Shown in pieces: positions 51,862-64,000 of a stretch of DNA of 64,000 nt. The DNA lies in the NCBI GenBank assembly GCA_002269645.1, contig NIVC01000667.1, positions 62,001 through 126,000 on the forward strand, given 5' to 3'. Below the pieces are notes generated by a model. The model did no database searches. It had not been told where the DNA came from and saw nothing but the letters and a program-made list of their open reading frames with translations. The position numbers were made by a program, and so were the translations under genes. Numbering within the stretch: the stretch's first letter is position 1; each line of letters opens with the position of its first letter. Origin of the DNA: Macrostomum lignano. Its lineage: Eukaryota.

Positions 51862-54039
51862 TATGATTACTTGCAAAATTTGATTGTGCAAAGTTTGCTT
51901 GCCAAGCCCAAAGATTGTTTATTAAAGTTTGCCAAAATAAATTTTTCCTACCAAGATAACCTACATTTGTATGTCATATATATTAATTCATATATAATTT
52001 TTAAGTATTAACATTCTAATTAAAGCCAATGGATCAAACTTTAGTTATACTAAAGTATAACATATGATAAAAACTAACATATCATAACATTTTCTCATAT
52101 GATAAGAACTCCAAGTTGTTAAATTTCTTCTTTTTTATTTCAAAGAAGAAATTCCTAATTTCAATGCTCTTTAGTGCTTTTAGTATTAGGAATGGGTTTG
52201 AGGATTTTTAGGCTCCTGATCACATGATCAATAGGACCACTAATAGATACAGTCATTTAAAAGATATAAATCTATGTATTGTATCTTAGCAATATAATAT
52301 TAAGTATAATATGTTGCTAAATACTAATATATAATTATTGTTGAAAATTAACTTTGGTAAAATATAAGTTTAGGCAAACTTTCACAAGCCATTCTTAGTT
52401 CATAAAATTTAGTAGGAATAATTTCTGCAAGCAAACTTTGGTAGGCCTAAGCAACCTTTGGTGACCAATCTTTGGAAAGCAAAATTTATTTTAATAAAAT
52501 TAATTTGTATAGGAAAATTTCAACACAGGTTATCTTTGGTTTGGCATTAAAATTTTAATGGGTTAAAAAACTTTTGCAAAAACTTAATGTAGGCAAATTT
52601 CTTATGGAAAACTTTTGTACTCCCAATGTAATACATAAATATAAAATATCCAATTGACCTATAAATAGATGCAAATACAAAATAAATATAGGCCTAATTC
52701 ACAAATAAATGAATGCAAAATATAGCATTTGTGCACTTTTTGGCTCAGTCATATGCATTAGATATAGATTATTTTGATTTAAAAATTGTGACCTTTTTTC
52801 AATGTTACATTTACAAATTACAATGTATATAATATATCTCAATGCCAATGGCATAGTAACAACCCAACTTGAAAATTTAGTCTGTCAGTGTACTAGGGGG
52901 GCCTACTATACTTATGTGCTAGGCCTAACCTAGTAAAAGGTCTATATAGATATATGTGAATGTGTTGACATTATAGGCCTAATTTGCATTGTTTTTAACT
53001 AATGCATAATTAATTGTTTGGTAGGCCTTAGCCTGTGCAAATTAAATAAAAATATTGTTTCAAATTAAAGACACCTTAGACCAGCAATACACTTTCTATT
53101 CAAACTAGGCCTAGCATTAGTAAATTATAAATTATGTTTTTTGAACTCATAAAAGTCTGTTCATTACAGACCACAAAAATTCTAGGACCTGCATCTGATT
53201 TGTCTGCTAGAAAAAGTTGTTTTATCTGCCAGCAGACCAAAAAGGTGGCAGACAAAATCACAGCACATCCCATTTTTAACATTTATTTTTAATTAGGCCT
53301 AAGCCTAGGCGCCTAGCTGCCTAGCCTAGTCCAAGACTTCAAGTTCTGCCTTTGGGCTTTGGCCTTGCCCTTTAGATATATACTTACATTGCCATTTTAA
53401 ACAGAAAAATATTTTAAAGAATTTATAATTTAATCATAGACAATAATGAAGTCAAATAATGACCGAAATTTTATAAAATCTGACGCAGCATGCCAACATT
53501 CTGAGAGTGGTGGAAGTAGGCCTAAATGTTAAATTTGACTTACTGTTTTTCTGAAAATTAATTTTGATAATTATTCTGTAATAAAAAAATCAAAATTTTC
53601 TTAAACTATCTAACGCTAAGTAACTAAGGAAAGCCTTCGATTAAGTCAACCAGAGACATCGATATTTTGTAATTGTAAGTTACATAGATTATAGTACTAA
53701 GGGCAAGGGGTAGGCCCTACTTAGTGTGGCTGTGTGTGACCGCCGGCGAATTGCGCAAAGAATTTAGTTAAAACCGTGCGTGAAAACCAGTAAAAATAAA
53801 ACAAAACCGTTTCTTTGTTATCTTTATAACTCTCAACATACAAAATTTATTTCTTTTAAAACTAAACAGGTCTGTTTATTATTACCATTGAACATGGTTA
53901 ATGTCTGGTTTTTGTTGACATACATGCATGTCGTATGTACATTCTGAGAAAATTTTCACATCTGATCTCAATACTTAAATCCTTAATTAAATGTCAATAA
54001 GTTCAATGAAGACTTAAAGTGAACAAACCTAATAACCTA

Positions 54040-56786
54040 AGTGTCTTCTCCAACGTCTCGGGTTCGACAACAACTGGGAGAAGAGCAGCGCCCCAGCCCA
54101 GACCGTCACGTACCTTCATACCTCGCGGTGTGAACATCGACACGAGTTCTGGTTTGCTTTTCCTGCCCGATGATAAGATCGATCTGACGTCAACCTCATC
54201 CAGCAGATGAAGCTGAAGTACGGTTAACTAAGCGGGAGCTTCAGAAGCCGTGTGGCAAGATTAACTGGTGGTGCCAGCAGGTAGGTCGCTCCTCCCGTGG
54301 GTAGAAGTTTCCTGCGCAACCTTATTTCCAGAGTCAACTCAATAGCTCATCCTAGGCACTGCATCCGTATGGATGAGTCGCTGCGTGGCGAGCTGGAGTG
54401 GTGGAACCTGGCTATCCGCAAGCTGAATGGCCGCGAGCTCTGGCCCAATTAAGTATCTCAACGAGAGTGGGTGCAGCTGGAGAATGACTTCTCTGAGAAG
54501 GCGGGAGTCGTCCGCAGCCACAATTTTTGTGACTGGATCTTCATCGACTGGGAGAAGGACTTCAATGGCCAGTTTGCCAAGTACTCGATCAACTACAAAG
54601 AAGCTCTTCGTGCCGCTTCACACTCTGATGGTGCTGCGCCCGCTGCTGAGCCAGTGCAAGGTCGTATGCTACGTTGACAATGATCCAGCTGTCTTCATCC
54701 TCAACAAGGCTGCTTCTAAGGACCCTGAGCTGCTGCGTTTGCTTCAGAGCGTTGGTCTCTTCTGTTTCGCAAACAAAGTTGTGTTAAGCTTCTTTCATGT
54801 GCCGGCCGCTGGTTTCAGACCTATGCTGACCCTATTTCGCGTCTTCATTCTCGGAGTGGCCTCATTAACTTTTGCATGCGTTTTTATGGCACTGTGCAAG
54901 TGTGCTTCCCACGCGCTGGCCTCTGCTGGCCTCCCATTTTCTGCTTTTACAGGTCCTGGCCCTGCGATGCAGCGGCTTCGGAGGCGGGCGGCTCGTCTGA
55001 TCAAGTTGTCTCTGGCAGGGGCGTAGCCACGAATTTTGATTGGGGGGGGCCGTGAGTTAGGGGCGCCAGCTTCTTATAGGGGGGGGCGCCAGTTTCTTAT
55101 AGGGGGGGGGGCCAGTTTCTTTTAGGGGGGGCGCCAGTTTCTTTTAGGGGGGGGCGCCAGTTTCTTATAGGGGGGGGGCGCCAGTTTCTTTTAGGGGGGG
55201 CGCCAGTTTCTTTTAGGGGGGGGGGGCGCCAGTTTCTTTTAGGGGGGGGGCGCCAGTTTTTTATAGGGAGGGGGGGCGCCAGTTTCTTTTAGGGGGGGGG
55301 GCGCCAGTTTCTTTTAGGGGGGGGGGGGCGCCAGTTTCTTTTAGGGGGGGGGCGCCAGTTTCTTTTAGGGGGGGCGCCAGTTTCTTATAGGGGGGGGGCG
55401 CCAGTTTCTTATAGGGGGGGGGGGGGCGCCAGTTTCTTTTAGGGGGGGGCGCCAGTTTCTTATAGGGGGGGGGGGGCGCCAGTTTCTTTTAGGGGGGGGC
55501 GCCAGTTTCTTTTAGGGGGGGGGGCGCCAGTTTCTTATAGGGGGGGGGGCGCCAGTTTCTTATAGGGGGGGGGGGCGCCAGTTTCTTTTAGGGGGGGGGG
55601 GGCGCCAGTTTCTTATAGGGGGGGGGCGCCAGTTTCTTTTAGGGGGGGGCGCCAGTTTCTTTTAGGGGGGGGCGCCAGTTTCTTTTAGGGGGGGCGCCAG
55701 TTTCTTATAGGGGGGGGCGCCAGTTTCTTATAGGGGGGGGGGCGCCAGTTTCTTTTAGGGGGGGGGCGCCAGTTTCTTATAGGGGGGGGGCGCCAGTTTC
55801 TTTTAGGGGGGGGGCGCCAGTTTCTTTTAGGGGGGGGGGGCGCCAGTTTCTTTTAGGGGGGGGCGCCAGTTTCTTATAGGGGGGGGGCGCCAGTTTCTTA
55901 TAGGGGGGGGGCGCCAGTTTCTTTTAGGGGGGGGGGCGCCAGTTTCTTTTAGGGGGGGGGGCGCCAGTTTCTTTAGGGGGGGGGCGCCAGTTTCTTTTAG
56001 GGGGGGGGCGCCAGTTTCTTTTAGGGGGGGGGCGCCAGTTTCTTTTAGGGGGGGCGCCAGTTTCTTATAGGGGGGGCGCCAGTTTCTTATAGGGGGGGGG
56101 CGCCAGTTTCTTTTAGGGGGGGCGCCAGTTTCTTATAGGGGGGGGCGCCAGTTTCTTATAGGGGGGGGGGGCGCCAGTTTCTTTTAGGGGGGGGGCGCCA
56201 AGGCCAGAGTTGGTTGATTGGGGGGGGCACGGCCCCCCTTGCCCCCCCTCTGGCTACGCCCTGGTCTCTGGCGGAGTCAACACGGCTGACCTACGAGTCT
56301 ATCTGGCGAGCCTGGTGTCGTTTCTGTCAAGGGCTAAATGAGCGACCTGAGCAGCTCACGGTGGAGCTTCTCACTCTACCTGTCCGACATCTCTCTTCGC
56401 CTTCTTTCGTTCAACAGTGTTCAAATTCATCTGCAAGCGTTGAGCTGGTATTGCCGCTGCCTCGGTCTTGACGAACGAAGTCTCGCGAGCTCCAATTCTG
56501 CCACTCATCCTAAAGCAAGTCGTGGACCCCAGCCACTAAGCAACCACTCCGGCCGGAGCAACTGATGCGCATTCGCCAGCACCTGCTGCTGTCAGATCCG
56601 GCAGATGCTGCTCTGTGGGCTCTCGTGCTCACGGGCTGGTTCGGCATGCTTCGCCTCGATAATCTGTGCGCCCGCAAGAAATTGGGTGACTCGGCGAGCG
56701 CGATCAGGATATCTGATGTCAAGTTCAGCCGCGCTGGTGTTACCATCTTTGTAGCCCGTTCAAAGACAGTGCAGTCAAGGACAACT
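54040..56786 (+). mobile_element. Decayed DIRS/Ngaro-type tyrosine-recombinase retrotransposon (RT end, RNase H, YR)
   Basis: GVNIDT...LPDDK; KRELQKPCGKINW; ELEWWNLAIRKLNG; SINYKEAL; VCYVDNDPAVFILNK; YR N-terminus SLAESTRLTYESIWRAWCRFC; GWFGMLRLDN...SKTVQ. Multiple frameshifts and stops; truncated at the 3' end. Confidence 0.85.
55016..56263. mobile_element. hAT-type MITE with an internal ~25-bp tandem array, inserted in the YR gene
   Basis: 8-bp target duplication GTCTCTGG at 55008..55015 and 56264..56271. TIRs CAGGGGCGTAGCCA and TGGCTACGCCCTG. Removing it restores LIKLSLAESTR. The interior is ([23 protein letters not shown])n. Confidence 0.9.
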
Positions 56787-58393
56787 TAAGTAGAAGGACG
56801 CAACACTCGAAATCTATGGTAAATGTTTTGAAGGCAACTTTTCGCCGAAAAATACACTACAGAGATGGAAGGTGTTCATTTTTTCAGCACAAGAATTGTT
56901 ATTGCTTTTGATAGGAGGCAGATCCAGTGTTCATCTTTTGATATGTTGTGCCTTTCTTATTGCTCTATCGATATTCATAAAGCTTTTGGTTCAGAAATAG
57001 TTTTAAAGGCAGGTTTCAACGGAAAAATACACTACGGAGATAGGATATTTCACGATCTTCAACACTAAAACAGAGATTGGGTCTCTTAACAGTGTCAGAG
57101 AAAGTTCTAATCACAATATTTCGTGCCTTACATGCTGCTCTAACTACGCATTAATCGATTTTTCATTTTAAATTGGTCTGTCACTTGAAAAAACGTTTAA
57201 AATAATGACAAAACCAAGACGTTCTGCGTTCGGTCTTCGTCACTCGCCTAACCCCTAAAAATAATTTATGTACATCGTCAGCCAGTAAAGCATGGGACAA
57301 TGTCACAGGGCGCGTTTCAGAGCCTGGGCGCGAACGTAGGCCGCATGGTTAACTGCGAGTAGTCATACTAAATTATTTTAAGCAGTATCCTTACATGTAC
57401 TTTAATTTATCTGCTAGTAAAGAAGCCAAACTGACTGAAATTACATGCTCATGTACACAACATGAGCATGTAATTTACTAATTTACTAACTAAATATACT
57501 AATTTAGCCACATTGTAATTCTAAAAAGTGTCATTGAGTGTGTGTACATGTACATTTTTAAATTCACGCACTACATGTGTAGGTGCAATAATGCAGGATA
57601 TCGTACTTTTAACGTAATTTTTCATATTTCACATGTGAATCCTTCGTACAGGTAATAAAACAATGCAGTCGTGTTGTCTCCCTTCAATTCAAAATCAGGG
57701 TACGCGTGTACCATTTGCACCATCTTACATTAATGCATGTCTTGCTACATTACTGCATTAACTTACATACACATGTACATGTACATGTATTGCAGCATAA
57801 TGTGTAAATTTAACTAACAACTAAGAATTTACAAATAAAAGCACAGATTAAAAAAGCGCGCATCATCGTCTAATTGTTTGAAAATCAAATAAAAGGTGTA
57901 GCAGCTACATTGTACATGTGCATGTACTTTCAGTTTATTTTGCTAGTTCGAATTCCAAGGTTAAAGTCAGAGAACACATGCAAATCGTGTGCATATAGCT
58001 CATAACTAGCTAGCTACAGACAGGCTAGACAAACAAACACACCTGTACAAAACAAGACGCTTAGTTATTGCAAGTTTGCTAAAGTATTCATACGTATGCA
58101 ATTGCAGCGAAGCCTATACTTCGGATCATAAGCTGCCAAAGTACCTAAACTTATTACTCTTAAGTAGTCCGGTGCCGATATAATGTACATTTCGGTTAAT
58201 AATTGCAAGAAGAAAATCATGATCAATGTTTGGAAGACACCAACCTAAGCTATAAAAGAAACAGAACAAAGAAGATATGCCGACAGGTTTAAAAGAAGAT
58301 GTAGGTGCAGTACAAGAAGGCATAGCAAAAATTTGAGTATGGAGTTTAATAGACTGAATATAAAAAAATCAACAATTTGAAACAGTTTTTATT

Positions 58394-59031
58394 CTACTTT
58401 TTTAGCCGCAGATCTAGCGGGCCGGTAGTTGCAGCAGTCTGTTGTTGCGGCGGAGGTGGCGGCGGAGGCGGCGGCGGCGGCGGAGGCGGCGGTTGCTGCT
58501 GAACCGAAGCCGACTGCTGCATCAGCTTGTGCAGCTGCTGTTGAAACGACTGCACAGTTGGCGACAAACCAAAGGCGGACGGAGCAGGCGGAAAAGGCGG
58601 CGCAATCAGCGGCTGGTGATGATGATGAGGATGGTTGTGAGGATGCAGCGGCAACGTAGCAGCTGGAGGTGGTGGCAGGTAGAAAGGCAAGTCAGTCTGC
58701 TGATGATGTTGCTGCTGACGAAAGGAAGCGGCGGCTGCTGCGGCCATCTGTTGCTTCTGCTCGAGCTGTTGCTGCTGCTGACGACGCAAGCAGAACTCCA
58801 TAGCTTGCTCCCATATTTGTTCCTGTTGCTGTTGCTGCTGCTGCTGTTGCTGCTGAGTGAGCATCGATGGCGGTGGTGCAGGAAGCCAGGGAGGCGGGAA
58901 CAGTCCAGTAGGGACTGGCGGCAGCGGCGGTAGCGGCGGCAGAGGAGGAGGTGGGAATGAAGTCGCTAAGGTGGAAGAACATGTCGGAGCGGCTGCGGCA
59001 GTCTTGGCTGATGATGCGGCTTGAGTCTGAC

Positions 59032-59071
<40 letters not shown>

Positions 59072-62000
59072 AAGCTTCCTCGCCTGAGCAGCCGTTGACG
59101 CGGCAGGTCGATGGCCATTTTTTCTTAGGTGAGTCTTCAACGAATGACAATACTTAGTTGCGTAGTTGCAATCCCGGCAACGATAATGACAAACGCTGCT
59201 GTGCGACTTCAGGTGCGAATTGAGCATGCTCCGGTTGACGCAACGATAGGAGCATTTGTCGCAATGAAACGGCTTCAGGTTGCCATGGTTACGCTCGTGA
59301 TACTCCAGATGGTGACGGTATTCGGTGACAAATTCGCACAGTTTGCATTGCAGCATCTTCTCCGGCTTGATGTGTAGGCGAGCGTGGCGCCAGAATAACA
59401 CCTGGCATGGGGGAGAGCACGAGTGACAGGTGCTTGAATGACAGTCAGTTTCAGTAAGTTTTTCATTTTTAGAAAGAAAAGAATCAAGAATTATCAAACT
59501 CAGTAGAGAGCGGGTATAGAGATGAAACCCAGTGGTGGTAAACAAGTGGGCCAGCGCCTCCTTGACATGATTAAAATGATTCAGATGGGGGCGGATAAAG
59601 ATTCAGATGGAGACGGATAAAGTTTCAGATGGAGGCGGATAAAGACTCAGATGGAGGCGGATAAAGACTCAGATGGAGGCGGATAAAGATTCAGATGGAG
59701 GCGGATAAAGACTCAGATGGACGCGGATAAAGATTCAGATGGGGCGGATAAAGATTCAGATGGAGGCGGATAAAGATTCAGATGGAGGCGGATAAAGATT
59801 CAGATGGGGGCGGATAAAGATTCAGAAGGGGGGCGGATAAAGATTCAGATGGGGCGGATAAAGATTAAGATGGGGGCGGATAAAGATTCAGATAGGGCGG
59901 ATAAAGACTCAGATGAGGGCGGATAAAGATTCAGATGGAGGCGGATAAAGACTCAGATGGAGGCGGCTAAAGATTCAGATGGGGGCGGATAAAGATTCAG
60001 ATGGGGGCGGATAAAGATTCAGATGGGGGCGGATAAAGATTCAGATGGGGGCGGATAAAGTTTCAGATGAGGGCGGATAAGGATTCAGATGGGGGGATAA
60101 AGATTCAGATGGGGGCGGATAAAGATTCAGATGGGGGCGGATAAAGATTCAGATGGAGGCGGATAAAGATTCAGATGGGGGCGGATAAAGATTCAGATGG
60201 GTGGCGGATAAAGATTCAGATGGGGCGGATAAAGATTCAGAAGGGGGCGGATAAAGATTCAGAAGGGGGGCGGATAAAGATTCAGATGGGGGCGGATAAA
60301 GATTCAGATGGGGGGCGGATAAAGATTCAGATGGGGGGCGGATAAAGATTCAGATGGGGGCGGATAAAGATTCAGATGGGGGCGGATAAAGATTCAGATG
60401 GGGGGCGGATAAAGATTCAGATGGGGGCGGATAAAGATTCAGATGGGGGCGGATAAAGACTCAGATGGGGGGCGGATAAAGATTCAGATGGGGGGCGGAT
60501 AAAGATTCAGATGGGGGCGGATAAAGATTCAGATGGGGGGCGGATAAAGATTCAGATGGGGGGCGGATAAAGATTCAGATGGGGGCGGATAAAGATTCAG
60601 ATGGGGGGCGGATAAAGATTCAGATGGGGGCGGATAAAGATTCAGATGGGGGCGGATAAAGATTCAGATGGGGGCGGATAAAGATTCAGATGGGGGGCGG
60701 ATAAAGATTCAGATGGGGGCGGATAAAGATTCAGATGGGGGCGGATAAAGACTCAGATGGGGGGCGGATAAAGATTCAGATGGGGGCGGATAAAGATTCA
60801 GATGGGGGCGGATAAAGATTCAGATGGGGGGCGGATAAAGATTCAGATGGGGGCGGATAAAGATTCAGATGGGGGCGGATAAAGATTCAGATGGGGGGCG
60901 GATAAAGATTCAGATGGGGGCGGATAAAGATTCAGATGGGGGCGGATAAAGATTCAGAAGGCGACGGGTAGACTTCATAGACTATCTGAGAAATAAGGGA
61001 TCAGTGTAGGGTGGCTATCTAATTATGCAGTATGATGATGACCATTGGTAAAATGCAATGCTATTTACATATTTTACATGCTATAGTACTACCAGAATAA
61101 AGTTCTGCCTGAAAGTTTTTGTCAGCTAACTATCTTTTTTGATTTATTGACTTCCGCGCGAAAAAAAAATTCCGCGTGTTTTTTGGTTTTTCGTTAATAA
61201 TTGGCTTATGCATGTCATAGAGCTAGAACACCAATTCGTTTCAGTTCGGCCGGAAGCTTTGCTGCCACTTGAGCTCTATGTAGAATTGGAGTTTTTTTAG
61301 GCAAAAAATCATTCAGATGTATAATAGATCAATGGTTTTAGTTATTGTTGCAAAGGTCATATTGACACCGAATGAAACACGAATTTTCAGCGTAACTGTG
61401 TGAATCTCGGGAAACTCAGGGAGAGGCTAACAGGGAAACTCGGGGAGAGGCTAACAGGGAAACTCGGGGAGAGGCTAACAGGGAAACTCGGGGAGAGGCT
61501 AACAGGGAAACTCGGGGAGAGGCTAACAGGGAAACTCGGGGAGAGGCTAACAGGGAAACTCAGGGAGAGGCTAACAGGGAAACTCGGGGAGAGGCTAACA
61601 GGGAAACTCAGGGAGAGGCTAACAGGGAAATTCAGGGAGAGGCTAACAGGGAAATTCAGGGAGAGGCTAACAGGGAAACTCGGAGAGAGGCTAAAAGGGA
61701 AATTCAGGGAGAGGCTAACAGGGAGACTCGGGGAGAGGCTAACAGGGAAACTCGGGGAGAGGCTAACAGGGAAACTCAGGGAGAGGCTAACAGGGAAACT
61801 CGGGGAGAGGCTAACAGGGAAACTCAGGGAGAGGCTAACAGGGAAACTCAGGCAGAGGCTAACAGGGAAATTCAGGGAGAGGCTAACAGGGAAACTCGGA
61901 GAGAGGCTAAAAGGGAAATTCAGGAAGAGGCTAACAGGGAAACTCGGGGAGAGGCTAACAGGGAAACTCAGGGAGAGGCTAACAGGGAGACTCGGGGAGA

Positions 62001-63647
62001 GGCTAACAGGGAAACTCGGGGAGAGGCTAACAGGGAAACTCGGGGAGAGGCTAACAGGGAAACTCGGGGAGAGGCTAACAGGGAAACTCAGACAGAGGCT
62101 AACAGGGAAACTCAGACAGAGGCTAACAGGGAAATTCAGGGAGAGGCTAACAGGGAAACTCGGAGAGAGGCTAAAAGGGAAATTCAGGGAGAGGCTAACA
62201 GGGAAACTCGGGGAGAGGCTAACAGGGAAACTCGGAGAAAGGCTAATAAGAAAACTCGGGGAGAGGCTAACAGGGAAACTCGGGGAGAGGCTAACAGGGA
62301 AACTCAGGGAGAGGCTAACAGGGAAACTCGGGGAGAGGCTAACAGGGAAACTCGGGGAGAGGCTAACAGGGAAACTCAGGGAGAGGCTAACAGGGAAACT
62401 CGGGGAGAGGCTAACAGGGAAACTCAGGGAGAGGCTAACAGGGAAACTCAGGGAGAGGCTAACAGGGAAATTCAGGGAGAGGCTCACAGGGAAACTCGGA
62501 GAGAGGCTAAAAGGGAAATTCAGGGAGAGGCTAACAGGGAAACTCGGGGAGAGGCTAACAGGGAAACTCGGGGAGAGGCTAACAAGAAAACTCGGGGAGA
62601 GGCTAACAGGGAAACTCGGGGAAAGGCTAACAGGGAAACTCAGGGAGAGGCTAACAGGGAAACTCGGGGAGAGGCTAACAGGAAAACTCAGGGAGAGGCT
62701 AACAGGGAAACTCAGGGAGAGGCTAAAAGGGAAATTTAGGGAGAGGCTAACAGGGAAACTCGGGAGAGGCTAACAGGGAAACTCAGGGAGAGGCTAACAG
62801 GGAAACTCGGGGAGAGGCTAACAGGGAAACTCGGGGAGAGGCTAACAGGGAAACTCGGGGAGAGGCTAACAGGGAAACTCGGGGAGAGGCTAATAGGGAA
62901 ACTCAGGGAGAGGCTAACAGGGAAACTCAAGGAGGGACTAACGGAAACTCAGGCAGAGGCTAACAGGGAAACTCGGGGAGAGGCTCACAGGGAAACTCAG
63001 GCAGAGGCTAACAGGGAAACTCAGGGAGGGACAACGGAAACTCAGGGAGAGGCTAACAGGGAAACTCAAGGAGGGACTAACGGAAACTCAGGCAGAGGCT
63101 AACAGGGAAACTCGGGGAGAGGCTAACAGGGAAACTCAGGGAGGGACTAACGGAAACTCAGGGAGAGGCTAACAGGGAAACTCAGGGAGGGACTAACGGA
63201 AACTCAGGCAGAGGCTAACAGGGAAACTCGGGGAGAGGCTCACAGGGAACGGAAACTCAGGGAGGGACTAGAGGGAGAGGGAAAACAGGGAAACTCAAGG
63301 AGGGACTAACGGAAACTCACGCAGAGGCTAACAGGCAAACTCAGGCATTTAGATCCTACCTTATCCTGCGCCTGAAAGCTGCAGTGCCGACAGCGAAAGG
63401 TCCTCTCCTTGACTTGGACCGGAACTACGTTTCCGGCGCCGCCGCCGCTGACGCTACCACTTTCCTCTCTGTCGTAGTAGTCGGTAACTTCGTCGGCGCC
63501 AGCAGCGTGAGATTCGCTAGAAGTGGTTGGCATTAGCAACAGGTCACTAGATGAAGAAGCTGATTTCTGTTGCTGCAGCTTGTCATGCTGTTGCTGCAGA
63601 ACGATGTCGGAATCTGCAGAGTAACAATGATGTCGATAGCTAAGCAT
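58394..63647 (-). CDS. hb: Hunchback zinc-finger transcription factor; the 5' end may lie outside the window
   Basis: Exon 63647 (or acceptor-defined 63613)..63360 ends [13 protein letters not shown]|GT. Exon 59401..58394 reads [35 protein letters not shown]...[21 protein letters not shown]...[23 protein letters not shown], the diagnostic four middle fingers of hunchback. Phase-0 intron 63359..59402. Confidence 0.92.
59580..60965. repeat. 21-23-bp minisatellite GGCGGATAAAGATTCAGATGGG in the hb intron
   Basis: Direct inspection. Confidence 0.95.
61410..63345. repeat. 24-bp minisatellite RGGGAGAGGCTAACAGGGAAACTC in the hb intron
   Basis: Direct inspection; runs to ~15 nt from the donor. Confidence 0.95.
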
Positions 63648-64000
63648 ATACCGTGAAACTTTGCTGGAGAAAGATCTTTTACAGCTTTTGCTTGTTCAAA
63701 CAATTAATAATCATTTCAAATTGATAAATTTATAACACCATGGGTATGGCTATTATATATAGAAAAGTTGTGGTTACCCATCAGTGCAACAACAACATTG
63801 CTGAAGGGTGATGCAGTAAAATAAATGACAAGTTTTTCAATCAGATTTCAAACAACACAGAATAGTCTGCAGGAAGTTGTCAGATATAGGCCATAAACCA
63901 AAATTATATCAGGAAAAGCTTTGGAAGTTGCCGCAACACCCCCGATTCCGATTCGAAAAAAGCAGTAAATGCATAAAAATGGCTGTCGCACTGCAACTGT

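Noticed and set aside
57390-57920. TACATGTA palindrome cluster
   Set aside because: Only four copies, partly (TACATG)n slippage, and the motif is also scattered singly elsewhere in the window.
59402-59545. N-terminal extension of the 383-aa hb ORF
   Set aside because: Intron read-through; the acceptor at 59402 joins the first finger encoded at 63360 and above.

Overview
Animal genomic DNA with spliceosomal introns, not prokaryotic. GC-rich polyQ/A exons, AT-rich spacers, dense minisatellites and the gene and TE content fit a free-living flatworm such as Macrostomum; this is an inference, not proven. Genes reconstructed by hand from splice sites and reading phase are: (1) a divergent 2-exon anion-type Cys-loop channel (-), whose last exon is tandemly duplicated with a frameshift in the proximal copy; (2) an intronless degenerate rhodopsin-like GPCR (+); (3) a low-confidence 5-exon fragment at 12.1-13.7 kb (-); (4) a 10-exon GluCl/glycine-receptor-like channel (+); (5) MMADHC (-); (6) a Pro/Gln/Tyr-rich orphan (-); (7) a ~1900-aa multi-zinc-finger protein (-); and (8) hunchback (-), apparently lacking the C-terminal finger pair. 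Mobile DNA comprises a Penelope-like GIY-YIG fragment with a hammerhead ribozyme motif, two Tc1/mariner-type TIR elements, and a decayed DIRS/Ngaro tyrosine-recombinase retroelement interrupted by a hAT MITE. More than 25 micro- and minisatellite arrays account for most long ORFs in the six-frame track. The main leads are four. Every modelled coding-region intron over ~300 nt is filled by a tandem array, several with units phased GT...AG or anchored on a splice site. The single intron of channel gene 1 carries a duplication footprint suggesting intron gain. A 16-nt match to the recalled Macrostomum spliced-leader 3' end lies just upstream of the zinc-finger gene start. The palindrome TAGGCCTA is strongly clustered in two CpG-poor regions. 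Repeat-array ends are approximate, and no databases were searched.
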